From NCBI GenBank assembly GCA_043732185.1, contig JAYTHY010000032.1, positions 1-39,154 of the forward strand: a DNA stretch of 39,154 bases, in the 5' to 3' direction. Source of the DNA: Fibrobacteria bacterium (GTDB lineage: Bacteria > Fibrobacterota > Fibrobacteria > UBA11236). A program made the translations under genes and the position numbers. Shown here one piece after another: positions 9,901-18,192 of the stretch. A model generated the notes under the pieces. The model was not told the DNA's origin and searched no databases. It worked only from the letters and a program-made list of their open reading frames with translations. Each line of letters opens with the position of its first letter. Position 1 is the first letter of the stretch.

Positions 9901-9938
9901 AGGTCTTCGAGTCCGCGTTCGGTAGTATCCGTTTTCAT
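6903..9938 (-). CDS. hsdR: Type I restriction enzyme, restriction/motor subunit
   Basis: Nuclease motif 'DLGLFINGLPVSTFELKN', Walker A 'QHSAGSGKS', 'IDEAH', 'FTATPK', 'QTGYDEP' and 'QTLSRLNR'. ATGA overlap with the hsdS stop. Confidence 0.96.
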   Translation of the reverse strand: MKTDTTERGLEDLILIAMTGRAKLETPPPDMFQKSAEPYGGTGWLLGDAGDYDREAYVDLVHLRAFLEATQPKIAAALELSSDTPVRRKFLARLQAEITKVGIIQVLRHGLKHEKYTVELFYGTPSPGNEKATLLNAANRFSVSRQLRYSRDETNRALDLGLFINGLPVSTFELKNSLTKQTVEDAVEQYKRDRDPRERLFAFGRCMVHFAVDENEVMFCTELKGKASWFLPFNQGWNDGAGNPPNPNGLKADFLWKRILTPLGLTDIIENYAQVVELKNEKTGKKKFVQIFPRFHQLGVVRALLTDAAAQGAGRKYLIQHSAGSGKSNSIAWLAHQLIGVHKDGKAVFDSIVVITDRRILDKQIRDTIRQFAQVGATVGAVTEGSQQLREFIESGKKIIISTVQKFPYILDEIGSDQRTRNFALLIDEAHSSQGGKTSAAISGALGEAGERPEKDEDETPEDKINRVMESRKLLTNASYFAFTATPKNKTLEMFGEPQPADAEGKVKHKPFHTYTMKQAIQEGFILDVLKCYTPVNSYYKLVKTVDSDPEFDTKRAKKKLRKYVESHDHAIKLKAEIMVDHFHEQVMALNKIGGQARAMVVCAGIERAIQYFHAFREYLKERKSPHQAIVAFSGEVEYGGLKMTESTLNGFPSNDIADKVKEDPYRFLICADKFQTGYDEPLLHTMYVDKPLSGIKAVQTLSRLNRAHPQKHDVFVLDFMNDTETITLAFADYYRTTVLSEETDPNKLHDLKAALDNHQVYDHEKIDQFVTLYLSGALRENLDPLLDSCVDAYKDHLDEDGQVDFKGKAKTFTRTYDFLASVLPYTNADWEKLSIFLNFLISKLPAPIEEDLSKGILEAIDMDSYRTEKQAAMRIQLPDQNAEIAPIPTEGGGRKSEPEMDRLSSILKTFNDNFSTLFSDADRVGKRIREEIAPKVAADQAYLNAQKNTPNTARLEHDKALQNVMLGFLKDDTEVYKQFVQNDSFRRYVTDMVFNMTLGQKPIAQGFGLA

Positions 9939-11356
9939 GCGGCGGCTTCCGTGGGTTCGGGTTCCAGTTCGGATTCTTCGTCTAGATCTTCCGTATCGGG
10001 TTCTAGGGGGATTTCTTCGGAGGTGGCTGGGAGGTTACGGGCGGCCTCGCGCACGTCAACTTTTCCGGTGACGACGTCGGCGATTAGGCGGGTGCGGTAT
10101 TCACGTATGAGGTCGATTTCGCGTTCGGTACGTTGTAAAAGTGAATTTTGTCCAATAAGTTGTCTTTTCAAGAAATCAATGATTTCTGATTGTTCGCCAA
10201 CAGGGGGCAGTGGAATTTCAAAAGCGTTCCATGAGTCCGTTCTAAGACAACAAGTTCCATGGCCAGCCAATTCCACTAATCCCAGAATCTCCTTTTTGAC
10301 TCCTGTAAGTAAGGAGACAAAAAATTCTGGGTTCAATTTCGACTTCATTAATATTGCCTTCATATCTTGGTTTATTGTAATGACAACCATTGATATTGCC
10401 GTCGGAAATGTTCGAGCCAAAATCATTCCTCGGACTACAATTAAAACTGCCGGTGGATTAATAAGAGAAATCCCAGTCTGATGAAGAGCCGATTCTGAAA
10501 TATGGTCTTTTGAGTCAAAAATTTCGCGAACCTTCATGTCTTTGGGGCTAACCCAAGGAATATTTCCATTCCAATACTTTTCTTGGCTTTTATTAGGCGT
10601 CATTCCACCAATAGTTTCCGTCAGATGTTTAATCTTTCGCACTTCCCAATGCTCCGGTATCTCCCCAAGCCAAGGAATCCCAGAGTCCTTCAGTTTTACA
10701 TCCGGATCAATCCCCCGCGTCACAGCCCGGTGAATAATGGCTTGCTTCTGCTCGTTCAACAGCGCAATGACTTTTTTCTTGGTCCGGATGAATCGATCGA
10801 TCCGCTGGTTTGCATGGTCGAGAAAGCGCACGATGGCCGCTTGCTCGTCGGGCGGGGGAAGTGGGGAATAAATCATTTTGAAATGTTCTGGTCTTAGGCT
10901 CCACATATCTGATGTGATTCCGTATGACCATCTCTCAGCTTCCTTGGCAAAAGCAGGCGTGCGAAATATATGATGGAAATATCGTGGATTATTTTCTTTT
11001 CGGAGTCGAATGACAACATAGGCAGGACTGATGATACCGCGAAGATCTGAGACGCCAATGGAACCTTGCCAAGCCCGCATTTTGTTGTAGGCGATATCTC
11101 CTGGGCATACCAACTTATATGCAGACTTATCTTTGCGTGAACTATCCTTCTTAGAACTATTGGCGAGTAATGCGCGTTGCTGAATAACACCGCGAGTGAT
11201 TGTAACGGAGAGCATTTGTTCATCCGAGCAATTTCGCTGTTTTATTTCTTCAAAAACGGCTCGGTTTGGCAAAAGGGTCCAGTGTTTTGGAATTCTTCCG
11301 AGCCAAACTTGGTCGGACTCACTATACTCCCCGTACGGCTTCAACCCATCGATCAT
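9935..11356 (-). CDS. hsdS: Type I restriction enzyme, specificity subunit (two TRDs)
   Basis: Conserved repeats 'WLGRIPKHW' / 'WLGEIPEHW', 'PLPPPDEQ' / 'PLPPVGEQ', and 'LIADVVTGK'. Start set to ATG 11356, preceded by SD GAAGGAGA. Confidence 0.95.
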   Translation of the reverse strand: MIDGLKPYGEYSESDQVWLGRIPKHWTLLPNRAVFEEIKQRNCSDEQMLSVTITRGVIQQRALLANSSKKDSSRKDKSAYKLVCPGDIAYNKMRAWQGSIGVSDLRGIISPAYVVIRLRKENNPRYFHHIFRTPAFAKEAERWSYGITSDMWSLRPEHFKMIYSPLPPPDEQAAIVRFLDHANQRIDRFIRTKKKVIALLNEQKQAIIHRAVTRGIDPDVKLKDSGIPWLGEIPEHWEVRKIKHLTETIGGMTPNKSQEKYWNGNIPWVSPKDMKVREIFDSKDHISESALHQTGISLINPPAVLIVVRGMILARTFPTAISMVVITINQDMKAILMKSKLNPEFFVSLLTGVKKEILGLVELAGHGTCCLRTDSWNAFEIPLPPVGEQSEIIDFLKRQLIGQNSLLQRTEREIDLIREYRTRLIADVVTGKVDVREAARNLPATSEEIPLEPDTEDLDEESELEPEPTEAAA

Positions 11357-11395
11357 CGTCTCTCCTTCAGGATTGAACCCAGTTCCCAAGGCAAT

Positions 11396-11475
11396 CGCTT
11401 AAATAAGCAAGTCTTTGAAATATAAGGGGTTATAGTGATTACTCGCTTTGGCATAGGGGTCACGCTTAAATAAGC
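11396..11475. repeat. Two identical 13-bp direct repeats CGCTTAAATAAGC, each containing the palindrome GCTTA-N2-TAAGC
   Basis: Exact copies at 11396-11408 and 11463-11475 (67-bp period) in the 120-bp gap between the Schlafen-ATPase stop and the hsdS start. Confidence 0.85.
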
Positions 11476-11476
11476 C

Positions 11477-12886
11477 TTAAGCCCAAAAGGGCAGATAGCG
11501 GGCGAATTTCCGGGATGACCCGACCTTTTCATCCGGCTTGATTTTTCCTGCCTCAATGGCTTGAGTAATAATTTGGGATGTGATGGCACTTTTGCTTTCG
11601 GGTAGCCGAAACCTTTCCCGCAAACTTTGGTTCGTCATCCTTTCGGACATGACCCATTTGAGGGCGCAATGTTGGTAGCAAGCTCGCACCCGATCGTCCC
11701 TATCCATTGCTTCCAGCTCCTTGGGGCCATATAAGGTCACCATGGTGCGTTTGGGAGCTACCCGAAAATCCGGGGCGGGTAATTGGAAAACCTCCACTGC
11801 ATTAATCACCTTATCCACCCCGCTGCCTTTCTCCTCACAAATCCCAAATCGCCGCATCATATCGGCCAGGCGTTCATTTCGGCTTTGGTATCCGTCTACG
11901 AATCGTTCCACCGATACCACGGGTTCACCCGGATTGGAAATCTCGATGCGATTGCTGTAGATTTCGATCATCACCGAAGCGCCTGTAATACTGAAGTCTT
12001 GGTGGATGAGGGCATTGGCCACCAATTCGCGGATGGTGATTTCCGGAACCAGTTTTACTTCCTTACGCAGTGCATTTTCGATGATTTCATTTTGCGGCAA
12101 TTGCCCCATGATGAAGCGAACCAGTCCTTGGAACCCGACGGCATAGCCTTTGGCTCCTACCTGATCTAGTTTGGTTTCCAGTTTCGAGATATCCGAATAA
12201 ACCACCACTCGAGGTGCTTTTCGGACCAGATCGGAAAAGTCTTCCAACTTTTTCGCCAGCAGGAGCGCGCCTAAGCGGCGAATGGAATACATATCGCCAT
12301 GGGCATCGATAAGCCTTTCCTGTAAAAGCCTTTCAATCACCCCCGTTTGTGTGGTGGGATACGGGAGTTTCAATAATTCAAAATAGGCCTGTGTATCTAG
12401 AAGATCAATAACCTTTTGAGCATCTAGGTCCGATTTGGAGGCTTCTTCCAACCAATTAGGCATGCCTTCGGCATGAATCCTACGGAGGACATCATCGCTC
12501 ATGAATACCAGTTCCTCGCCGGAACGCATGAAATACGCGCCGTCCAAGCTAAAAGCTGTGCCTTGTGGACGAGAAGGAATATGAAAAACCAGCACCCGCC
12601 CCTGGGGATGGATTACCACATCAATATCCACACGAAAGCCTAAGGCATGAAATATTTTTTCGGTCATTTTAACAGGATTATTGAAGGCGGCCGTTCCCAC
12701 TACAGATCGCGGGGGTTTGTCCGCCACCCCCAGCAAAAGATGACCTCCACCTTCATTGGCGATGGCCACGCAATATTGATAAAGTTTAGTGTTGTCGAAT
12801 TGGCTTTTAGCCTCTTTAAACTCGAGCCTTTGATGCTCAGTGGACGTACTCCGCCAAAGATCAATTTGTTCGACGGTGGTGCTCAA
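11477..12886 (-). CDS. Schlafen/AlbA_2 domain + RecG-C-like (HATPase_c_4) domain + C-terminal wHTH protein
   Basis: N-terminal 'EHQRLEFKE...AIANEGGGHLLLGVAD' (AlbA_2). 'RELVANALIHQD', 'IEISNPG' and 'SRNERLAD..RRFGICEEKGSG' (HATPase_c_4). The TTG start overlaps the hsdM TGA (TTGA). Confidence 0.85.
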   Translation of the reverse strand: MSTTVEQIDLWRSTSTEHQRLEFKEAKSQFDNTKLYQYCVAIANEGGGHLLLGVADKPPRSVVGTAAFNNPVKMTEKIFHALGFRVDIDVVIHPQGRVLVFHIPSRPQGTAFSLDGAYFMRSGEELVFMSDDVLRRIHAEGMPNWLEEASKSDLDAQKVIDLLDTQAYFELLKLPYPTTQTGVIERLLQERLIDAHGDMYSIRRLGALLLAKKLEDFSDLVRKAPRVVVYSDISKLETKLDQVGAKGYAVGFQGLVRFIMGQLPQNEIIENALRKEVKLVPEITIRELVANALIHQDFSITGASVMIEIYSNRIEISNPGEPVVSVERFVDGYQSRNERLADMMRRFGICEEKGSGVDKVINAVEVFQLPAPDFRVAPKRTMVTLYGPKELEAMDRDDRVRACYQHCALKWVMSERMTNQSLRERFRLPESKSAITSQIITQAIEAGKIKPDEKVGSSRKFARYLPFWA

Positions 12887-15224
12887 TGCACGGCCCCGAC
12901 GATTTCCGAAAGCAGGCCTTCAGTCTCTGCTTCCAAGGCCAGAATGTCGGCGCGGATTTCCGCCAAGGTGCGCAGGGGCTGGGGTTTGTAGAAGTGGCGG
13001 GTGAAGGACACTTCATAGCCAATCTTGGTGGCATCGGCATTGATCCAAGCATCGGAAGTATAGGGCAGAACCTCTCTTTGAATAAACGCTTCAATACCGC
13101 CTTGTTCCAGTAAGGGCACCTGCTCCGTATCCCGCAAATCGGAATCGGTATCATATTCCACCAGGCAGGTTTTACCATTCAGCTTGGCTTCGAAAAGACC
13201 GTAAAGGGAATTGGGCACGGATTTAGTTTTGCCGGGCTTGTGAATTTTAGCGATGACGGGCGCGGCTGTTTCCACCCGCCAACTTACGGCGCGTAGAATG
13301 GCTTTGAGATCCGATGCTCCCACTTTTAGATCGCGCTTGGTCAAGACGGCATCGACTTGATCGCGAAAGAGATTATGGTCTGCAAAAACTTCGCCGCCCA
13401 AATCTTTTCTCAGCGTATTAGCGATTTCAAGCAGGCGCGCGTCCCGCTCCCAGGATTTGGCATCGAGAAGCTTTTTCTTTTTCTTTTCCGGAAGCCCTTT
13501 TTTGGTTGCACCTTCTTCGCCTTCACCCTCTTCTTCCCCATCATTCCATTCCGCCAATTTTTTTTCCAATGCCTCGCGAATTCCGGCAAAGTCATTGAAA
13601 AGAGATTCGCCCATTTCTTCATAAAGTTGGGAACGGATATCTTCATCGCCCGATAAAAATCGCAGAGATTCGATGGCCTTCACGGAAAGCTGGCTATGCA
13701 GGCGCAGGGGCCTTTCGACCGTGACCTTCCAATAACCAAAGGCAGCATTGGGGAAAATCTTGGACTGTTCATTTTCCTTAAAACCTTGATGGGTTTCACA
13801 AATGCGGCGGATATCTTCCTCGGAGAGTTCGCAATTTTTCTTACCTAGGTTCTTGCGCAGGGGTTTGTACCATTGCGAGGCATCGATGAGCTGCACCTTG
13901 CCTTTCCGATGGGCGGGCTTACGGTTGGTGAGCACCCAGATATAGGTGGCGATGCCGGTATTGTAAAAGAGGTTCAGAGGCAATGCAATAATCGCTTCCA
14001 ACCAATCACTTTCGATGAGCCAACGACGGATATTGCTCTCACCTTGCCCGGCGTCACCGGTGAACAGGGAGGAGCCATTATGCACTTCGGCGATACGGCT
14101 GCCGAGCAAGGTTTTATGGTTCATTTTGGAAGCCATATTAGCTAGGAAAAGCATCTGACCATCGCTGGAGCGCGTGACTAGGGAATAGTCCTCCTCGGTT
14201 CCGTGGCTGAACTTGAAGCGCGGATCGCGCATACCCTCCTTGCCGCCCATGGAATCAAGATCCTTTTTCCAGCTTTTGCCATAAGGAGGATTGGCCAGCA
14301 TGAAGTCGAATTCCTTGGCGGGAAAAGCATCATGCGATAAGGTGGAATGTTCCGCGCCCCCGATAATATGGTCGGCACTGTCCCCTTCGCCTTTGAGGAG
14401 CATATCGGCTTTGCAAATGGCATAGGTTTCCGGATTTATCTCCTGGCCGTAAAGGTGCGTGACCACCTGCTTCCCGCGTGCTTCGGTCAATCCCTTCAGA
14501 CGCTCTTCAGCCACGGTGAGCATGCCTCCCGTACCGCAGGCGCAATCATAGAGCAGGTAAGATCCGGATTGCACCGCATCGGCGATAGCAGGAAGATTAG
14601 GTCCGCCATCAGGCGCACGGCGTCGCGCGGAGTCCAATGTTCGCCCGCTTCTTCATTGTTTTCTTCGTTGAATTTACGGACCAGCTCTTCGAATACGGTG
14701 CCCATGGCATGGTTGTCCATGGCAGGATGCTTAACCGAACCATCGCCGTTGAGAACCGGATTGGGACTGAGGTTGATATCGGGATTGAGGAATTTTTCGA
14801 TCAAGGTGCCAATGGCATCGGCTTTGGACAGGGTCGAGATCTGGTTCCGGAATTTGAAATTTTCCAGAATATCCTGCACGTTTTCGGAAAAGCCGTCGAG
14901 GTAGTCGTTGAAGTCCGCCAGCAATTGTTGTTGGCTGGAGCGGGCCTTGAGATCGCGTAGGGTGAACTTGGAGGTATTGTAGAAGGCTTGACCGGCGGCT
15001 TTGCATAGGGCAGCCCGCTGTTCCGTGATCGAAGCGGCATCGAGCATCGTTTTGGTTTCCAGAACCGCATTTTTAGTCGGTTCCAGAACCGCATCCAAGC
15101 GGCGCAAAACGCACATGGGTAGGATGACATCAGGATATTTACCACGTCTGAAAAGATCCCGGAGCACATCGTCTGCAATACCCCAGATAAACGAGACTAT
15201 TTTATTGTGCGCAGCCTGATCCAT
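12883..15224 (-). pseudogene. hsdM: Type I N6-adenine methyltransferase subunit, split by a 1-bp deletion near 14588 (real lesion or sequencing error)
   Basis: 5' part has 'FIWGIADDVLRD' and 'AGEHWTPRDAV'; 3' part has 'YDCACGTGGML' and 'ANPPY'. Minus strand reads TTC CTG CT ATC GCC GAT; one extra base gives F-L-P-I-A-D and a single 780-aa ORF (2342+1 = 2343 bp). Confidence 0.9.
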
Positions 15225-15420
15225 GGTCAAATTCCGATCAATTTATTGATAATAATGATATGGGAATCGGCCAATTCCAGGGCTTATTCCAATCCCTAAA
15301 AGTTAGTTATTGCGCCAGCTTGTCTGAGCCCACATAGATGCGGCGCCGAATGCCCTGCCAGATGATGAAGCCGCCCGGCTTTTTCCTATATTCCTTAAAA
15401 ACCTACCCTGGAAATATTGC

Positions 15421-18153
15421 ATGGAAAGTCGTTACACCCCGCAGGACATTGAAGAAAAATGGTATCGCACTTGGCGGGAGGCAGGAGCCTTTGAGCCCAA
15501 AAGCCGACCTGGACCTGGCGAGGGCAAGCCCTTTACGATTGTGATTCCCCCTCCCAATGTAACGGGCGCGCTGCATATGGGTCATGCGCTGAATAATACG
15601 TTGCAGGATGTGCTTATTCGCTTCAAGCGGCTGCAGGGGTATCGAACTTTGTGGCAGCCGGGAACCGATCATGCCGGGATTGCAACGCAAAGCGTGGTGG
15701 AAAAACAATTGGCCAAGGAGGGCGTCAAGCGCCAGAATTTGGGCCGGGAAAAATTTGTCGCGAAAGTTTGGGAATGGAAAAACGAATACGGGGATAGGAT
15801 TGTCAATCAGTTGATGCGCCTCGGCAGTTCCTGCGATTGGTCGCGGCTGCGCTTTACCATGGACGAAGGGTTATCCAAAGCGGTGCGGGAAGTTTTTGTG
15901 CGGCTACATGAGGATGGCCTGATTTATCGTGGGACGCGCCTTATCAATTGGTGCCCTAAATTGCAAACAGCCTTGGCCGATGAAGAGGTGGAAAGCAAAG
16001 AGGTGAAAGGACATTTCTGGTCCATTCATTATCGGCTGGTGGAAGATACCACTCAGTTCATTACCGTTTCCACGACGCGGCCGGAAACGCTTTTTGGCGA
16101 TGTGGCCATTGCCGTAAATGCCGACGACATGCGTTATAAACATTTGATTGGCAAGTATGTTTTTATTCCCACGACAAATCGGCAGATTCCGATTGTGGCG
16201 GATGAACATGCGGATCCGGAAAAAGGTACGGGCGCGGTTAAGATCACTCCTGCGCATGATTTCAACGATTATGAAGTGGGCAAACGCCATAATCTGACAC
16301 CGGTAATCGTGATGAATCTCGATGCCACCATGAATCATTTGGCGGGCGTGTATCAAGGCTTGGACAGGTTCGAGGCGCGCAAGCGTCTGGTGGCCGACCT
16401 GGCTGCGGATGGCCAACTGGGTGTGGTGGAAGACAGGTTTATTGCCTTGCCGCTTTGCTATCGCTCCGGCGATGTAGTGGAACCATATTTGCTCGATCAA
16501 TGGTTTGTGAATATGAAGCCCTTGGCCGAACCTGCCCTTGAAGTGGTTGCAAAAGGGGAAACCCGTTTTGTACCGGAGCGGTATACCAAAACCTACCGGG
16601 CTTGGTTGGAGCCCTTTAAAGATTGGTGCATATCGCGGCAGCTGTGGTGGGGACATCAAATCCCGGCCTGGTATGTGATTTCCGAAACGGATGGCAAACG
16701 CCGCCAGGATACACCCATTGTGGTGGCCCGAACGGTAGCGGAAGCCCAAGCGCAGGCTCAGCTAAAGTATGGCGATAAAGCGGTGTTGGTGCAAGAAGAG
16801 GATGTGCTCGACACCTGGTTCTCCAGCGCGTTGTGGCCCTTCAGCACTTTGGGATGGCCGGACAAAACGCCGGAACTGGAAACCCATTATCCCACCGATG
16901 TGCTGATTACGGATCGCGGCATTATTTATTTCTGGGTAGCGCGCATGATTTTTTCAGGCCTGAAATTTTTAGGTCGGACGCCGTTCCATACCGTGTACAT
17001 ACACGGCACCATTCTGGATGAAAAAGGCCAGCGTATGTCCAAGTCCAAGGGCAACGGCATTGACCCTATCGAGATGATCGGCAAGTACGGCGCGGATGCG
17101 GTGCGATTTGCCCTCATGACCTTGACCACGGAAGGCCAGGACATCAAGCTCTCGCCGGTCAAATTTGAATCCGGGCGCAACTTCGCCAACAAGCTTTGGA
17201 ACGCCGTGCGCTTTGTGCATCCTCACCTGGCGCAAAATAGGGAAACGCTTCAACACTCCGAACTGCATCTGGAAGGTCTCCATCTGGCCGATCGCTGGAT
17301 ATTGGGACGGCTGGATGAAACCATTCGCGTTGTTACGGAAAATCTGGAGCCAGCCACTTTGCGTTTTTCGGAAGCCGCACAGGCTATCTATCGTTTTACC
17401 TGGGATGATTTCTGTTCCAACTATTTGGAGATTCGCAAAAAGGTTATCACTGCAGATACGACTTCGGATTCGGCTTCGGCTTCTGGGGCGGGGTCAGAGG
17501 AAGCCAAGGCTCAAAAGCGACAGGCCGTTTCCGTTTTTGCCACTGTGTTGGAAAAGCTGATCGTTATTTTGCATCCCTTCATGCCGTTTATCACGGAAGA
17601 AATACGTTCCCATCTCGGCACCACCGATTTGCTCATCACGTCCAAGTGGCCTACAGCGGGTGTTGGCGGGGATCCGGAAGCGGAGCAAACGATGGCTTTG
17701 CTGCTCAAAATTGTCGATGAGGTACGATCCATTCGCGGTGAATATTCCCTGCCGCCCACGCATGCCATGGAACTGCGCATCAGCTGTGAAACGGCCACAA
17801 TGCAATCCATGGTATACACGCATCAAGATGTCATTTCCAGTTTGGAGAAAATATCCTCTTTAAGCGTGGAGCTGAAATCCAGTAAACCGGCTTTCTCCGC
17901 TTCCGGCATGTTTCCCGGTGGACGCATCTTTATGCCCTTGGAAGGTATTTTGGACCCGGCCGCAGAAAAAACGCGGCTGACCAAAGAACTGGGCAAGGCA
18001 GAGGGATTTGCCGCTTCGCAGGAGAAAAAACTGGCCAATGAAAGTTTTGTGAAGAGCGCACCAGTGGAAGTGGTGGAAGTGGAAAGAGAAAAGCTTCGAT
18101 CCCAGAAGGACAAGATTGAAAAACTGAAAGCGGCGTTGACGGACCTGGGTTGA
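15421..18153 (+). CDS. valS: Valine--tRNA ligase
   Basis: 'PPPNVTGALHMGH' (HIGH), 'DWCISRQLWWGH', 'RMSKSKGN' (KMSKS) and the C-terminal coiled coil 'KLANESFVKSAP'. Confidence 0.98.
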   Translation: MESRYTPQDIEEKWYRTWREAGAFEPKSRPGPGEGKPFTIVIPPPNVTGALHMGHALNNTLQDVLIRFKRLQGYRTLWQPGTDHAGIATQSVVEKQLAKEGVKRQNLGREKFVAKVWEWKNEYGDRIVNQLMRLGSSCDWSRLRFTMDEGLSKAVREVFVRLHEDGLIYRGTRLINWCPKLQTALADEEVESKEVKGHFWSIHYRLVEDTTQFITVSTTRPETLFGDVAIAVNADDMRYKHLIGKYVFIPTTNRQIPIVADEHADPEKGTGAVKITPAHDFNDYEVGKRHNLTPVIVMNLDATMNHLAGVYQGLDRFEARKRLVADLAADGQLGVVEDRFIALPLCYRSGDVVEPYLLDQWFVNMKPLAEPALEVVAKGETRFVPERYTKTYRAWLEPFKDWCISRQLWWGHQIPAWYVISETDGKRRQDTPIVVARTVAEAQAQAQLKYGDKAVLVQEEDVLDTWFSSALWPFSTLGWPDKTPELETHYPTDVLITDRGIIYFWVARMIFSGLKFLGRTPFHTVYIHGTILDEKGQRMSKSKGNGIDPIEMIGKYGADAVRFALMTLTTEGQDIKLSPVKFESGRNFANKLWNAVRFVHPHLAQNRETLQHSELHLEGLHLADRWILGRLDETIRVVTENLEPATLRFSEAAQAIYRFTWDDFCSNYLEIRKKVITADTTSDSASASGAGSEEAKAQKRQAVSVFATVLEKLIVILHPFMPFITEEIRSHLGTTDLLITSKWPTAGVGGDPEAEQTMALLLKIVDEVRSIRGEYSLPPTHAMELRISCETATMQSMVYTHQDVISSLEKISSLSVELKSSKPAFSASGMFPGGRIFMPLEGILDPAAEKTRLTKELGKAEGFAASQEKKLANESFVKSAPVEVVEVEREKLRSQKDKIEKLKAALTDLG

Positions 18154-18192
18154 GTCTATTCACTCGTTTTGAGTTGAACGCATTGCAATTCT

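Noticed and set aside
11357..11389. N-terminal extension of hsdS from the TTG at 11389
   Set aside because: A strong SD precedes ATG 11356, and 'MIDGLKPY' is a typical HsdS start.
11396..11475. Twin repeats as a mini-CRISPR or Xer/dif site
   Set aside because: Only two 13-bp copies with no cas genes, and no 11-6-11 dif architecture.
14496..14637. Two separate overlapping hsdM genes, or programmed frameshifting / phase variation
   Set aside because: The halves join into one canonical HsdM with a single added base. There is no slippery heptamer or repeat tract at the junction.
15300..15420. T-box/attenuator before valS, or a TPP riboswitch for thiS; small hairpin AAGCC-GCCC-GGCTT-TTT at 15368-15384
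   Set aside because: No T-box (GGTGG.ACCGCG) or TPP consensus, and the 5-bp stem is too weak to call.
15904..16749. 281-aa antisense ORF inside valS (also 8724-9248, 9840-10481, 20792-21400, 21346-21957, 22016-22645)
   Set aside because: Shadow ORFs opposite well-conserved genes, expected from codon bias; no motifs or start signals.
18154..18192. Terminator between the convergent valS and S8 genes
   Set aside because: Only a weak bulged AT-rich stem (TTCACTC...GAGTTGAA) without a U-tract.
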